This document shows, piece by piece, positions 47,393 to 56,076 of a stretch of DNA of 64,000 bases. The stretch lies in the IMG/VR virus record IMGVR_UViG_3300020187_000010. One strand, written 5' to 3'. The stretch is from a virus. How positions within the stretch are numbered: position 1 is the first letter of the stretch; every line of letters starts with the position of its first letter. The notes beneath the pieces were generated by a model. The model had not been told where the DNA came from. It did not search any database and was given only the letters and a program-made list of their open reading frames with translations. The position numbers were made by a program, and so were the translations under genes.

Positions 47393-47446
47393 AATATAGT
47401 CTCTTCAAAGTAAAAACAACGGGGACACTCCCCAACCAACAAAGAC

Positions 47447-47511
47447 ATTATCTCATAACTAAAACAATAATGCAACACTTTTTTTAACTTTTTTTAGAAC
47501 ATTTTGTTATT
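47447..47511 (-). promoter_or_regulatory. Early promoter cassette, copy 4
   Basis: AAAAAAGTG-TTGCAT-N17-GATAAT; upstream TAGAAC-N5-GTTAT; GGGGA/TCCCC hairpin in the leader. Confidence 0.75.
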
Positions 47512-47728
47512 GAACCCACACGTGGTTATAACGTTTTGGCATATCGTCACAGGAGTATAGGTCACCCTCTGCATAGTTCAGAACTTTGACGCACTCGCCA
47601 GTAGAATTACTGAAGTGCACATCTGGTTGATCCAGAACACTATCCACGTAATTAACTGCGACACCCAGAACTATCGCTCCAACCAATCCAGCCACTACCG
47701 CTTCTACTTTATCTTTAATAGTCAACAT
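47507..47728 (-). CDS. Small membrane-anchored protein
   Basis: N-terminal TM, two Cys. Confidence 0.6.
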   Translation of the reverse strand: MLTIKDKVEAVVAGLVGAIVLGVAVNYVDSVLDQPDVHFSNSTGECVKVLNYAEGDLYSCDDMPKRYNHVWVQ

Positions 47729-48021
47729 TATACAATCACCTCAACTCGATTATCAAACTCGGTTATACTCATCTCGAATGGAACCATCATCTCTGTCCCC
47801 ATTCTGTCTATATCGTAACTCTCAGAACCACTACGAGAGTCTTTAACGAAGACCTTATAACCCTCACACAAGTATACCTGACGACCATCCATATCTGCAT
47901 ACATTGGGCCTTTCTCGATTACACGACCGATTAGGTATGAATCATCACGACCTTCCATTGGTTGGAAATCAAACGCTTTAATCACGTCACCAACATTTGC
48001 TACATTCTCAAATTTCAACAT
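47728..48021 (-). CDS. Hypothetical early protein
   Basis: TAATG-coupled ORF with GAGGTG SD. Confidence 0.65.
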   Translation of the reverse strand: MLKFENVANVGDVIKAFDFQPMEGRDDSYLIGRVIEKGPMYADMDGRQVYLCEGYKVFVKDSRSGSESYDIDRMGTEMMVPFEMSITEFDNRVEVIV

Positions 48022-48203
48022 TATATTGCACCTCTGATTTCATTTATACGGTTAACCATTCTCTTGTACTCTGAATTGTAGTACGTCTCGTTGTAACACT
48101 CCTCAGCATCAATCAACATAGCGAGGTCATTCCAAAGGATGGCGAGTTCGGTATTCAACATTTCATTACTCATAATATTTACCTTATAGATATTGGAGGG
48201 CAA
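48021..48203 (-). CDS. Hypothetical early protein
   Basis: Start probably MSNEML (~48173). Confidence 0.55.
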   Translation of the reverse strand: MPSNIYKVNIMSNEMLNTELAILWNDLAMLIDAEECYNETYYNSEYKRMVNRINEIRGAI

Positions 48204-48269
48204 GGATACTCACTACCACTATAATTGTCAACTGAAATAAAAATCTACCTACTTGTCTCAACATGATTG

Positions 48270-48345
48270 ACTCTCTCAACTCAATTTGTACAAGTATTAT
48301 CTCATAATCATAACAAGAAGTCAACACTTATTTACATTTATTTCA
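48270..48345 (-). promoter_or_regulatory. Early promoter cassette, copy 5
   Basis: AAATAAGTG-TTGACT-TCTTGTTATGATTATGA-GATAAT, then GAGAGAG leader. Confidence 0.8.
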
Positions 48346-48361
48346 TGAATAGTGGGTATAA

Positions 48362-48820
48362 CTATGGTCGATTGTGCCAAGGTTCTATTTGATGTCCGGA
48401 TTGGACTAGTGTCTTGGGGAGGTGTTTTGCGTGGATCTTACATCCAATAAACGCATTGTAGTAGTCATCCCGTAACAGAACGTCACGGTCGAATTGTTCT
48501 TTGGCTTCAAGGTAGGAACACTCACCTTTGGTTTTGCATAGGTGTAGTATCTCTCGGTAGTATGCTTCACCACCTTTCTTTTCTACCAGTAATTTGAGTT
48601 CTTCGGATGACCCATAGTAGTCCATCCAATCAGATTGTTTGGTAACCTTGCGTTTCCGTTTCTGACCTTTTAATGGTGGTAGTCTGCGAGTAGACCAGAA
48701 GAACTTCTTACCGACATATTTCTTTCCGGTATCACGTTCTGTAATAAGATAGACGAACCCAACATATTCGCTGAGTTCGTCTTCGGTAGGATTATATTCT
48801 GTATTCTTGATGTGCCACAT
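48362..48820 (-). CDS. GIY-YIG-family endonuclease
   Basis: GFVYLIT....GKKYVGKK, W..YYGS, REIL, E, YYN. Confidence 0.8.
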   Translation of the reverse strand: MWHIKNTEYNPTEDELSEYVGFVYLITERDTGKKYVGKKFFWSTRRLPPLKGQKRKRKVTKQSDWMDYYGSSEELKLLVEKKGGEAYYREILHLCKTKGECSYLEAKEQFDRDVLLRDDYYNAFIGCKIHAKHLPKTLVQSGHQIEPWHNRP

Positions 48821-48870
48821 TGTCTTATATAACTGCCATTAAGGGGTCTAATGACTTATATATAAGACAC

Positions 48871-49209
48871 TTAACTTATGATGGTATTGTCTACATTCAG
48901 ATATATCTGATTGGGGGTATACGAAACATCAACAGATATATATGTACAAAGAACTACACGATCACCCACCATTGCATTACGCGCTCCTGGCCCATTCACC
49001 GAAATAACACCCGAACCCTTGGGTGCAAGTATTATGTAAGTAGTCCAACGTTTTCCGTTAGATGCGTTATAGATATCGATTTGTTCATACTCCTGCATCC
49101 CTGCGGCAACAACCAAATCTTCATCAATAGCAACGGAACCGTCATACCATAACTCACAGTCAGTGACGGTTCCCATATGCAATTTGGATTTTAGAAAGGT
49201 AGAAATCAA
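48871..49209 (-). CDS. panD: Aspartate 1-decarboxylase (pyruvoyl-dependent)
   Basis: K9, H11, Y22, the G24-S25 autocleavage site, R54, T57, Y58 and NG..AR...GD.V fall at E. coli PanD positions. Confidence 0.92.
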   Translation of the reverse strand: MISTFLKSKLHMGTVTDCELWYDGSVAIDEDLVVAAGMQEYEQIDIYNASNGKRWTTYIILAPKGSGVISVNGPGARNAMVGDRVVLCTYISVDVSYTPNQIYLNVDNTIIS

Positions 49210-49352
49210 TCTTCTTCAACCCCTTCGATCTGTTCCAATTCCGCATCTTCACCACACATAGGACAGTGTTGTGGTCTATCGTCAACGTAGTGTACTATGA
49301 TAGTACTTTCTATGTCACATATAGGACAGATGTTTTCATATCTCAATTTCAT
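49206..49352 (-). CDS. Small Zn-ribbon protein
   Basis: CPIC...CPMCG; ATG at 49352 overlaps the nrdB stop. Confidence 0.65.
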   Translation of the reverse strand: MKLRYENICPICDIESTIIVHYVDDRPQHCPMCGEDAELEQIEGVEED

Positions 49353-50344
49353 GCAGCGCACCCCTCGCCGTCTAGACCACAGACCTGTGGTTCTTCTTCC
49401 CAATCCCAATCACCATCCATACCATTCACAGAGTATTCGGTAACACGTTTCTCAAAGAAGTTGTCATGTGATGCACCGTTCAGTACCCAGTCTAACCAAG
49501 GGAGTGGATTATCCTTGACCTTGAAGTTAGGCTTCATACCAAGTTGCAACAAACGTCTGTCTGCGATATGACGGATATATGCTTTAACATCCGCTTCAGT
49601 CAATCCTTCGATGGTACCGGACTTATATGCAAGTTTGATGAATCTATCTTCCAACTTAACAGCATTCTTTGCCATCTCGTATACTTTAGACTTCAGTTCA
49701 TCGTTTACTACACGTGGATGTTCCTCACAGAACTCACGGAACAACTTCGCATTACCTTGTACGTGCATAGTCTCATCACGGATAGACCATTCAACGATGG
49801 TGCCCATACCTTTCATCTTACCGAAACGTTGGAAGTTCAACAACATTACGAAGGATGCGAATAGACTCATACCTTCATTGAATACAGACTGTGCAAGTAC
49901 AAGTGCAAGACCTGTGTGAGAGTTGATGTTACCCTCTTTCATGAAGTCAATCTTATCTGCCATCTCTTTGTATTCCATAAAGGCAGAGTGTTCTTCGTCT
50001 GGCAGACCCAGAGTATCATTCAACAATGCATACGCACGTTGGTGTACACCTTCGCGGTTTGCAAAGGATGACAACATGTTACGGATCTCATTGTTCTTAA
50101 ACTTAGGGATCAACAGTTCGTGATAGTTCTCGCCTACCTGCACATCCGACTGAGTGAACAATCGTAGTACCTGAGTGATGAACTCTTTCTCTTGTTCGGT
50201 GAGTTTGGTTCTCCAGTCTTGGATATCTTCGGAAAGTTCTGCCTCGTCCTCAACCCAGTGAATCTCTTCGTGTTTCTTTGTCAGTTCTACAGCCCATGGG
50301 TATTGGAAGGGTTTGTACGTTTTGGAAAAATCTAGTAGTGCCAT
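49349..50344 (-). CDS. nrdB: Ribonucleotide reductase class I beta subunit
   Basis: W...E, FTQSD, E..H..AY (radical Tyr), EG..LF.SF, RDE..H, NFFE.RVTEY. Confidence 0.95.
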   Translation of the reverse strand: MALLDFSKTYKPFQYPWAVELTKKHEEIHWVEDEAELSEDIQDWRTKLTEQEKEFITQVLRLFTQSDVQVGENYHELLIPKFKNNEIRNMLSSFANREGVHQRAYALLNDTLGLPDEEHSAFMEYKEMADKIDFMKEGNINSHTGLALVLAQSVFNEGMSLFASFVMLLNFQRFGKMKGMGTIVEWSIRDETMHVQGNAKLFREFCEEHPRVVNDELKSKVYEMAKNAVKLEDRFIKLAYKSGTIEGLTEADVKAYIRHIADRRLLQLGMKPNFKVKDNPLPWLDWVLNGASHDNFFEKRVTEYSVNGMDGDWDWEEEPQVCGLDGEGCAA

Positions 50345-50346
50345 TT

Positions 50347-51135
50347 TTATTCCTGTAATATTGGTAGTATATATGGTGTTAATGTTTTTGCTATAAGTTC
50401 ATTACCCAAGTCAGACGGGTGAACACAAATTGATATATCAGGATATTCACTAGGGTCTGATCTAACTATATGTTTTACTCTGTGTATCCTTTGAGGTAAC
50501 CACATTGGTTTGTCATCTATTTCTTCTAACCACTCACCTATAATTATATCAAGTAAAGTATTAGAAGGGTGTTCTGGTTCTATCCAACAGTCTTTTATTT
50601 TACCGTGAATATAATTAATGTCTCGGGGTCTCTTCTGAAAAGTTCTTTTCCTTTCGAAAAGAGTATTGTCGAAACTATTGGTCATTATAACAGGCACATC
50701 ATAGTCTTGGCAAATCATTCTCACCGAATGGTATGATATTTCTGACTGCAATCGTAGTGTAGATATATTTCGATACTCTTCAAGTTCAAGTCTTTCTTTC
50801 TCGAATTTTCTTGTTCCGCCAACTATATAGTCTGGATAATCAAAGTCCATGTACTTGTCATTATTTTTTATATACTCATGATTCAATTCCATAGACCTAT
50901 CGATCCCTGACCAAACCACCAAGATCGATGTGTTGGTCATATCATTCGACTGTATATATCTGAATATTTTGTTTGCGATAGATGTGTTACCAGCCCCTCT
51001 CCTTCCGCAGTTGACAACTTCTATACCAAGTTCCCTTTCTAAAAAGTGACACATATTGAAACGTGTCACTTCTGCTTCTGGATAGGCTCTATAACCTTCT
51101 ACGAAACTATCTCCAAATACTACTAACCTTCGCAA
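50347..51135 (-). CDS. SGNH/GDSL hydrolase-like protein
   Basis: FGDSF, N.G..GAGN, V.WS...R, HP...G...IA. Confidence 0.7.
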   Translation of the reverse strand: MRRLVVFGDSFVEGYRAYPEAEVTRFNMCHFLERELGIEVVNCGRRGAGNTSIANKIFRYIQSNDMTNTSILVVWSGIDRSMELNHEYIKNNDKYMDFDYPDYIVGGTRKFEKERLELEEYRNISTLRLQSEISYHSVRMICQDYDVPVIMTNSFDNTLFERKRTFQKRPRDINYIHGKIKDCWIEPEHPSNTLLDIIIGEWLEEIDDKPMWLPQRIHRVKHIVRSDPSEYPDISICVHPSDLGNELIAKTLTPYILPILQE

Positions 51136-53105
51136 GCTCTACACTCACTATCTTCTTGTGCTGGTGCGTCCGCATTACCCAAGAACAACATTAGTTCTTC
51201 GTAACCACCGACATAGTTGCCTTGGATATAGATCTGTGGAACAGTCTTAACACTACGACCAGTCACTTCAGCCGCAGACTTACCAATTTCTTTCAAATCG
51301 ATATAGTCATAATTAATACCGCGTAAGGTCAATTCTTCCTTTGCAAGTTCACAGAACGGACAGTTGGGAATACCATATACTATACTACGACTATCTTCTT
51401 GTAATGCAACACGTTCTACCTTCTCCGATACATTCTCTGCACGAGACTTTGCCTCGGTGCGTAGATAGTATAGACCTTTAAGACCTTCCTTCCACGCCTT
51501 GAGATGTACCTTATTCACGTATGATTTAGGTGCACCGGCAGGGAAGAATACGTTCACCGACTGACCTTGACAGATATACTTCTGTCTATCAGCTGCGTGT
51601 TGTACTACCCAGTTCTGATCTAACTCTTGTGCGGTCTTAAATATAGACTTCTCACCTTCGGTCAAAAACGGAAGATGTTGTACCGAACCTTTATTGGTGA
51701 TAATAGAAGTCCAGTTCGATTCATTGTTCTGACCCTTCTCGGTAAGTAGTCGATCAAGGTATTTGTTCTTAACCAAGAAACTACCCGCACGAGTACGATG
51801 TGTATATGCACATGCCTTCAATGGTTCGATAGAAGGACTTGTACTCAAAATAACACCAGATGATGCATTAGGTGCAATCGCAATCAAGTGACTGTTACGT
51901 CTACCCGAACCAATACCATCAGGATACTCGCCACGTTCTAGGGCCAGTTTCTGTGTTTCTGCGACTGCCTGTATATTAATGTGTGAGAATACAACATCAT
52001 TCATTTCACGTGCTTTATCAGACTCCCATGCAACTCCATGTTTCTGGAGAAGTGAATGGAAACCCATCGCACCCAAACCAATAGATCGTTCACGTTGTGC
52101 ACTGTATCTCGCACGACTGATCGAGTCTGGTGCATTCTCTACAAAGTATTCTAGGACGTTATCGAGCATTCGCACGATATCACCCACAATGTTAGTATCT
52201 TTCCAGTCATCAAAGTATTCAAGATTCAAAGACGACAAACAACATACCGCAGTACGATCTGCGTTTGTAGGAAGGTGAATCTCATTACACAAGTTCGAAC
52301 CATTGATCTTGAGACCCAAGTCTTTCAGTGGTTGCGGTAGATCACGGTTTGCAGTATCGATAAAGTTCAAGTACGGTTCACCTGTACGGAATCGAGTCTC
52401 TAGGATACGTTCCCATAACTTACGTGCATTGATCGATTCTTTAACCCCATTATCTTTTGGATCACGTAGATCGAACTGACTGTTCGACTTAACTGCTTCC
52501 ATGAACTCATCGGTGATATTAATTGCATTATGAAGGTTCAATGCTTTACGCTGTACATCACCTGTAGGGATACGCATGTTCAGGAACTCGATGATATCAG
52601 GGTGCGAAACATCCATATATGCAGCATAAGATCCTTTGCGTGTTTTACCTTGACGGTACGCAATCATGTCAGCATCTACGGTATGTATGAATGGCATAGG
52701 GCCAGGCGCAACGTCAGACACGGTACGGACATCCGACCAATGACCCCCTACACCACCCCCCATGACCGACAACCAACGCAGTTCTGCGGTGTGTTCGATC
52801 AATCCTTCTAGGGTATCTGGTACATAGGTAAGGAAACAAGAGATAGGCATTGCCTTTGATTTCTTACCAACAACAGGTGCGTTAGATAAAACGGGAGACG
52901 CATACATAAACCACTTGTTACTAACATAACCATAAAGTCTTTCTGCAAGGTCTTCGTCCATTTCTTCTTTGTATATTGACCAAGCCTTCGCTGCACGTAA
53001 AAAACCTTCTTGTGGACTCTTCTCACCATCTTGTAAGTAAAAGTCCTTCAACATACCAATCGCATAATCTTCTAATAAAGCGTCTTTCTTCTTATCTATT
53101 CTCAT
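51123..53105 (-). CDS. nrdA: Ribonucleotide reductase class I alpha subunit with fused glutaredoxin domain
   Basis: SP.L.NA, PISCF, GGG.G, SNLCNEI, APNASS, QS.N, KGLYYLR; then CPFC..TVPQI..YVGGY and terminal C.ACEG; no ATP cone. Confidence 0.95.
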   Translation of the reverse strand: MRIDKKKDALLEDYAIGMLKDFYLQDGEKSPQEGFLRAAKAWSIYKEEMDEDLAERLYGYVSNKWFMYASPVLSNAPVVGKKSKAMPISCFLTYVPDTLEGLIEHTAELRWLSVMGGGVGGHWSDVRTVSDVAPGPMPFIHTVDADMIAYRQGKTRKGSYAAYMDVSHPDIIEFLNMRIPTGDVQRKALNLHNAINITDEFMEAVKSNSQFDLRDPKDNGVKESINARKLWERILETRFRTGEPYLNFIDTANRDLPQPLKDLGLKINGSNLCNEIHLPTNADRTAVCCLSSLNLEYFDDWKDTNIVGDIVRMLDNVLEYFVENAPDSISRARYSAQRERSIGLGAMGFHSLLQKHGVAWESDKAREMNDVVFSHINIQAVAETQKLALERGEYPDGIGSGRRNSHLIAIAPNASSGVILSTSPSIEPLKACAYTHRTRAGSFLVKNKYLDRLLTEKGQNNESNWTSIITNKGSVQHLPFLTEGEKSIFKTAQELDQNWVVQHAADRQKYICQGQSVNVFFPAGAPKSYVNKVHLKAWKEGLKGLYYLRTEAKSRAENVSEKVERVALQEDSRSIVYGIPNCPFCELAKEELTLRGINYDYIDLKEIGKSAAEVTGRSVKTVPQIYIQGNYVGGYEELMLFLGNADAPAQEDSECRACEG

Positions 53106-53471
53106 TTATTCTCTGCCACCGCTGTAATCGTAAAATGGTTCATCTTCAACAAACTCGTAATCCTCAATGATATATTGTTTACCTGTATCTATAAAGGTAT
53201 CTATCATCTGATATAATCGTTCATCCTGTTCTTTCTGCGTCAGTAAACCCTCCCACATGAAGTGGTTTATTAAAGACGCGGTGTAATTTTTGACTATAAA
53301 TCTGTCGGGGTGAAGGTATTTATCATCGGTACCTTCTAAAGATACGTAGATTATCTTATTTTTTTCGAGACCAGCCAGTCCCAAATTGTCTTGTAGGATA
53401 TGTAGGTCAGACAGATCTTCGTCTCCCTGAAAGACAGAGACACTGACCCCTTTACGTTCAAACGTTTTCAT
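53106..53471 (-). CDS. Hypothetical protein
   Basis: First gene after a consensus promoter; AAGG SD. Confidence 0.65.
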   Translation of the reverse strand: MKTFERKGVSVSVFQGDEDLSDLHILQDNLGLAGLEKNKIIYVSLEGTDDKYLHPDRFIVKNYTASLINHFMWEGLLTQKEQDERLYQMIDTFIDTGKQYIIEDYEFVEDEPFYDYSGGRE

Positions 53472-53497
53472 GATATATTCCTTAATGTATAGGGGTA

Positions 53498-53526
53498 ATT
53501 ATAACAGAGTGGGGGTGGGGTGTCAA
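53498..53526 (-). promoter_or_regulatory. Consensus sigma70 promoter for the nrd operon
   Basis: TTGACA-N17-TATAAT exact. Confidence 0.8.
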
Positions 53527-53693
53527 GAAGTTTTGTTGATCTTTCCCATCAATCGCTTGAGGATAGCAATTTGATCTTTACGTTTACGTTTCTTGTCGTA
53601 CTTCTTACGGACGATGACAGTATCGGAATCGTCTCCGGTACCAACTACAGAAGATGTGGTTGTGTCTTCGCTAAATTTATTGAACGTTTTCAT
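53523..53693 (-). CDS. Small internal-protein-like ORF (56 aa, not in ORF track)
   Basis: MKTFNKFSEDTTTSSVVGTGDDSDTVIVRKKYDKKRKRKDQIAILKRLMGKINKTS; T4 IP-like leader. Confidence 0.65.
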   Translation of the reverse strand: MKTFNKFSEDTTTSSVVGTGDDSDTVIVRKKYDKKRKRKDQIAILKRLMGKINKTS

Positions 53694-54306
53694 CGGTAGT
53701 TCCTGTTCTTTGTAGTAACATAGCTGTTGTCATCCTATCATTTATTTCCGCTTGGGGATTCTTGATCAGTTGGTTATTATCAAATTGTAATGTTGCCGCT
53801 ATCCGATACGGATGATGGGAACTTGTATGGACATGATTTACTAATGCTCGAATGTGTCGAAAGAGGTTAACATCATCTATTAAGATCCACTCAATCTCGG
53901 CCTTATTACATAAGTCATAGTCGTTCATTATACCTTCTATACTATGATCCCCATCAATATATACCATATCATAATTTTCACCTATGATATTATCCGGAGT
54001 TAGATGGTGTGAATCTTTTATACCAAACTTAAACCTTTCTCCGAATATGGATTTTAATTTCTGAGCGCATGGTCGAGTATAGTTGTGTCTACCCAAGTCA
54101 AGAGAATGTACTACTGTTTCGGGGAGTACTTCCAGAAAACAAAATGCGGAATGTCCCGCATTAAATCCTATCTCTAGTATTTTTTTGGGTGCAATAGTAT
54201 CAAAGATAGAGGTGAACGCTTCTACGGTAATATCCGTCAATAACATATGACCTTCCCTCACCTTCAAGTTGGGGAAGTGTTCATCGAACTTATCTTGTAT
54301 ACTCAT
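53677..54306 (-). CDS. Class I SAM methyltransferase (Methyltransf_24-like)
   Basis: ILEIGFNAGHSA, S.D, DS, YD..YIDGDH, ILIDD. Confidence 0.8.
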   Translation of the reverse strand: MSIQDKFDEHFPNLKVREGHMLLTDITVEAFTSIFDTIAPKKILEIGFNAGHSAFCFLEVLPETVVHSLDLGRHNYTRPCAQKLKSIFGERFKFGIKDSHHLTPDNIIGENYDMVYIDGDHSIEGIMNDYDLCNKAEIEWILIDDVNLFRHIRALVNHVHTSSHHPYRIAATLQFDNNQLIKNPQAEINDRMTTAMLLQRTGTTDENVQ

Positions 54307-54896
54307 TTAGTAATTTCCGCAGTAGTAATATAGACCTTCTGACTAGATTTCAAGTGCACGGCTTCGTAAACTTGTAACCCCAATAGTTCATCAAAAGGAT
54401 GAGTTTCTACGATTCTGATTTGATCACCCTTCTTCACAATCTCTTCACACTTAGTGGTGATTGATTCATTCTTCATTTTGTATATGCCAGGCGATAGTTC
54501 ATTGCCTTCTAACATAAACCACTTAGTTTCTTCGGCGAGACAGTCCAGAACATCAATACCAGTCTCAGCATGAATCTTGTTTAAGTTCTTGTCAGAGAGT
54601 TCACCATGTTCTTTGATGAGTGCGAGTGCCGCACCATAACGTGCAACCACGGACTGACCGCCCGGTGCTTTTGCCATGATTCGTTTTAGATTGAAAACAA
54701 GTCTATGGAATGGTGTATAGTGCGAACGATAGGCATCCCGATCATCCGTAGAGTTCAGGTTGAAGTCTTTGTTCTTGTTACCATCTGCATCAATGATACC
54801 CGCCTTGAATGCTTCTGTCTTGTCAAACGGTGTGACTAACAGTTTCAAGAAACGTATCGTGTATACGAGGTCTGCTGCTGATTTTAATATTCCCAT
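54303..54896 (-). CDS. Conserved T4-like hypothetical late protein
   Basis: D..YT.RFLKLLVTPF....AF..GIID..G, YT.FHRLV.NLKR. Confidence 0.75.
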   Translation of the reverse strand: MGILKSAADLVYTIRFLKLLVTPFDKTEAFKAGIIDADGNKNKDFNLNSTDDRDAYRSHYTPFHRLVFNLKRIMAKAPGGQSVVARYGAALALIKEHGELSDKNLNKIHAETGIDVLDCLAEETKWFMLEGNELSPGIYKMKNESITTKCEEIVKKGDQIRIVETHPFDELLGLQVYEAVHLKSSQKVYITTAEITK

Positions 54897-54901
54897 GAGT
54901 C

Positions 54902-54909
54902 TATTTATA
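54902..54909 (-). promoter_or_regulatory. T4-type late promoter, 5 nt from ATG
   Basis: TATAAATA-GACTC-ATG. Confidence 0.65.
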
Positions 54910-55642
54910 CCTTAAATTTCTTTGTCATTGTTACATCTTCAAAATAATTTTGAGGGTGTGTCTCTCTCAATTTCACTAACATCTCCTGCGAATACTTGGT
55001 TGCTACACTGAAGTTAAACGCAATAATTGTCTTGTTATCATCATGGGTCTTTGGGGGTGAACGATGTAGATAACCAGAAGGGAAAATCAACAAATCACCT
55101 TCTTCTACTTTCGCATTAAAGACTTCACCTTCAAAATTCATGAGTTCGGTTTCTTCACCTTCTGGAAGGTCTATGTAGTATATACCAATCCATTGACACC
55201 CAAAATGATTATGCCAATTATCATAGTCACCCTTAGTCATTTGATGGAACCACATAACATCAACGAAAATCTGATAGTTTAACCCAGTGTCGGATCTGAC
55301 TGCAACGTCCCTAGAAAATTTGTGTAGTAGAGGGGCTGCACCCTCCCAAAAAATAGTTTTATATTTTTGATTATAATCTGGATCTATGGGTGGAACTTTC
55401 CAATCAACATATCCAGTCTTATTATTTTTGTCAAACCAACTGGCATAACTCCTACGCATTTGAAATTCAGGATAGTTTATATTGAGAGATTTTGGATGAT
55501 TGTATCCATCATAATGAGAAGATGCTTGTTTCTGAGATTGATCTCCCTTCGGAAAATTTTCAATCAATATACGCAATTTCTCATTCAGTCTTTCATAGTT
55601 CTCAGGTTTATATGTCCAGTAATGTATCATCTTCGTATCCAA
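54905..55642 (-). CDS. 2OG-Fe(II) oxygenase-like protein
   Basis: WF......D...WHNH, IYY..LP, EGDLLIFPS..LH.S, KTII.FN. Confidence 0.75.
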   Translation of the reverse strand: MDTKMIHYWTYKPENYERLNEKLRILIENFPKGDQSQKQASSHYDGYNHPKSLNINYPEFQMRRSYASWFDKNNKTGYVDWKVPPIDPDYNQKYKTIFWEGAAPLLHKFSRDVAVRSDTGLNYQIFVDVMWFHQMTKGDYDNWHNHFGCQWIGIYYIDLPEGEETELMNFEGEVFNAKVEEGDLLIFPSGYLHRSPPKTHDDNKTIIAFNFSVATKYSQEMLVKLRETHPQNYFEDVTMTKKFKV

Positions 55643-56076
55643 AGTTCACCCTGTTTAGTAGTCAATAGAACAGGAATTTTTTTCCCTATACTTACGAAAA
55701 TCTCCTCTGCGAGATTATCGAGTAACTGTTTCTTTTTATCATGTTGAATTTCTGGTGGTAGAGTTTTATCCAAAGAATGTAAAATCAAAATACCATCTCG
55801 TATCCTTGGAAGAATTTGACTTTGATTTGGTCTATAATCATCTGTAAGGTTTTCTGTAATATAGGAACAAAAGAAATCATCACATATTTTAGGTTTGTTA
55901 TTCCAGATAGAACATCCAGTGTCACATAGTTTATTACAAGTCTGCCACGCACCAAAGTTTATATCATATTTATCGGCTTCATTATGTGTGTCATATTCTT
56001 TCCACTCACCTGTAAATCCAAGAACTTCACAGCAAGCATGACAATCACCACACTTAGATTCTGCGGGGGATATCAT
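55627..56076 (-). CDS. CxxCxxCC (YkgJ-like) cysteine-cluster protein
   Basis: CGDCHACC ... C..L...GCSI...KP..C..F.C. Confidence 0.7.
   Translation of the reverse strand: MISPAESKCGDCHACCEVLGFTGEWKEYDTHNEADKYDINFGAWQTCNKLCDTGCSIWNNKPKICDDFFCSYITENLTDDYRPNQSQILPRIRDGILILHSLDKTLPPEIQHDKKKQLLDNLAEEIFVSIGKKIPVLLTTKQGELWIRR

Noticed and set aside
46751-47413. 220-aa plus-strand ORF
   Set aside because: Antisense to an early gene that has a promoter and biased codon usage.
48362-48820. GIY-YIG gene as a mobile homing endonuclease or intron
   Set aside because: Free-standing, catalytic domain only, with no interrupted host gene or intron structure evident.
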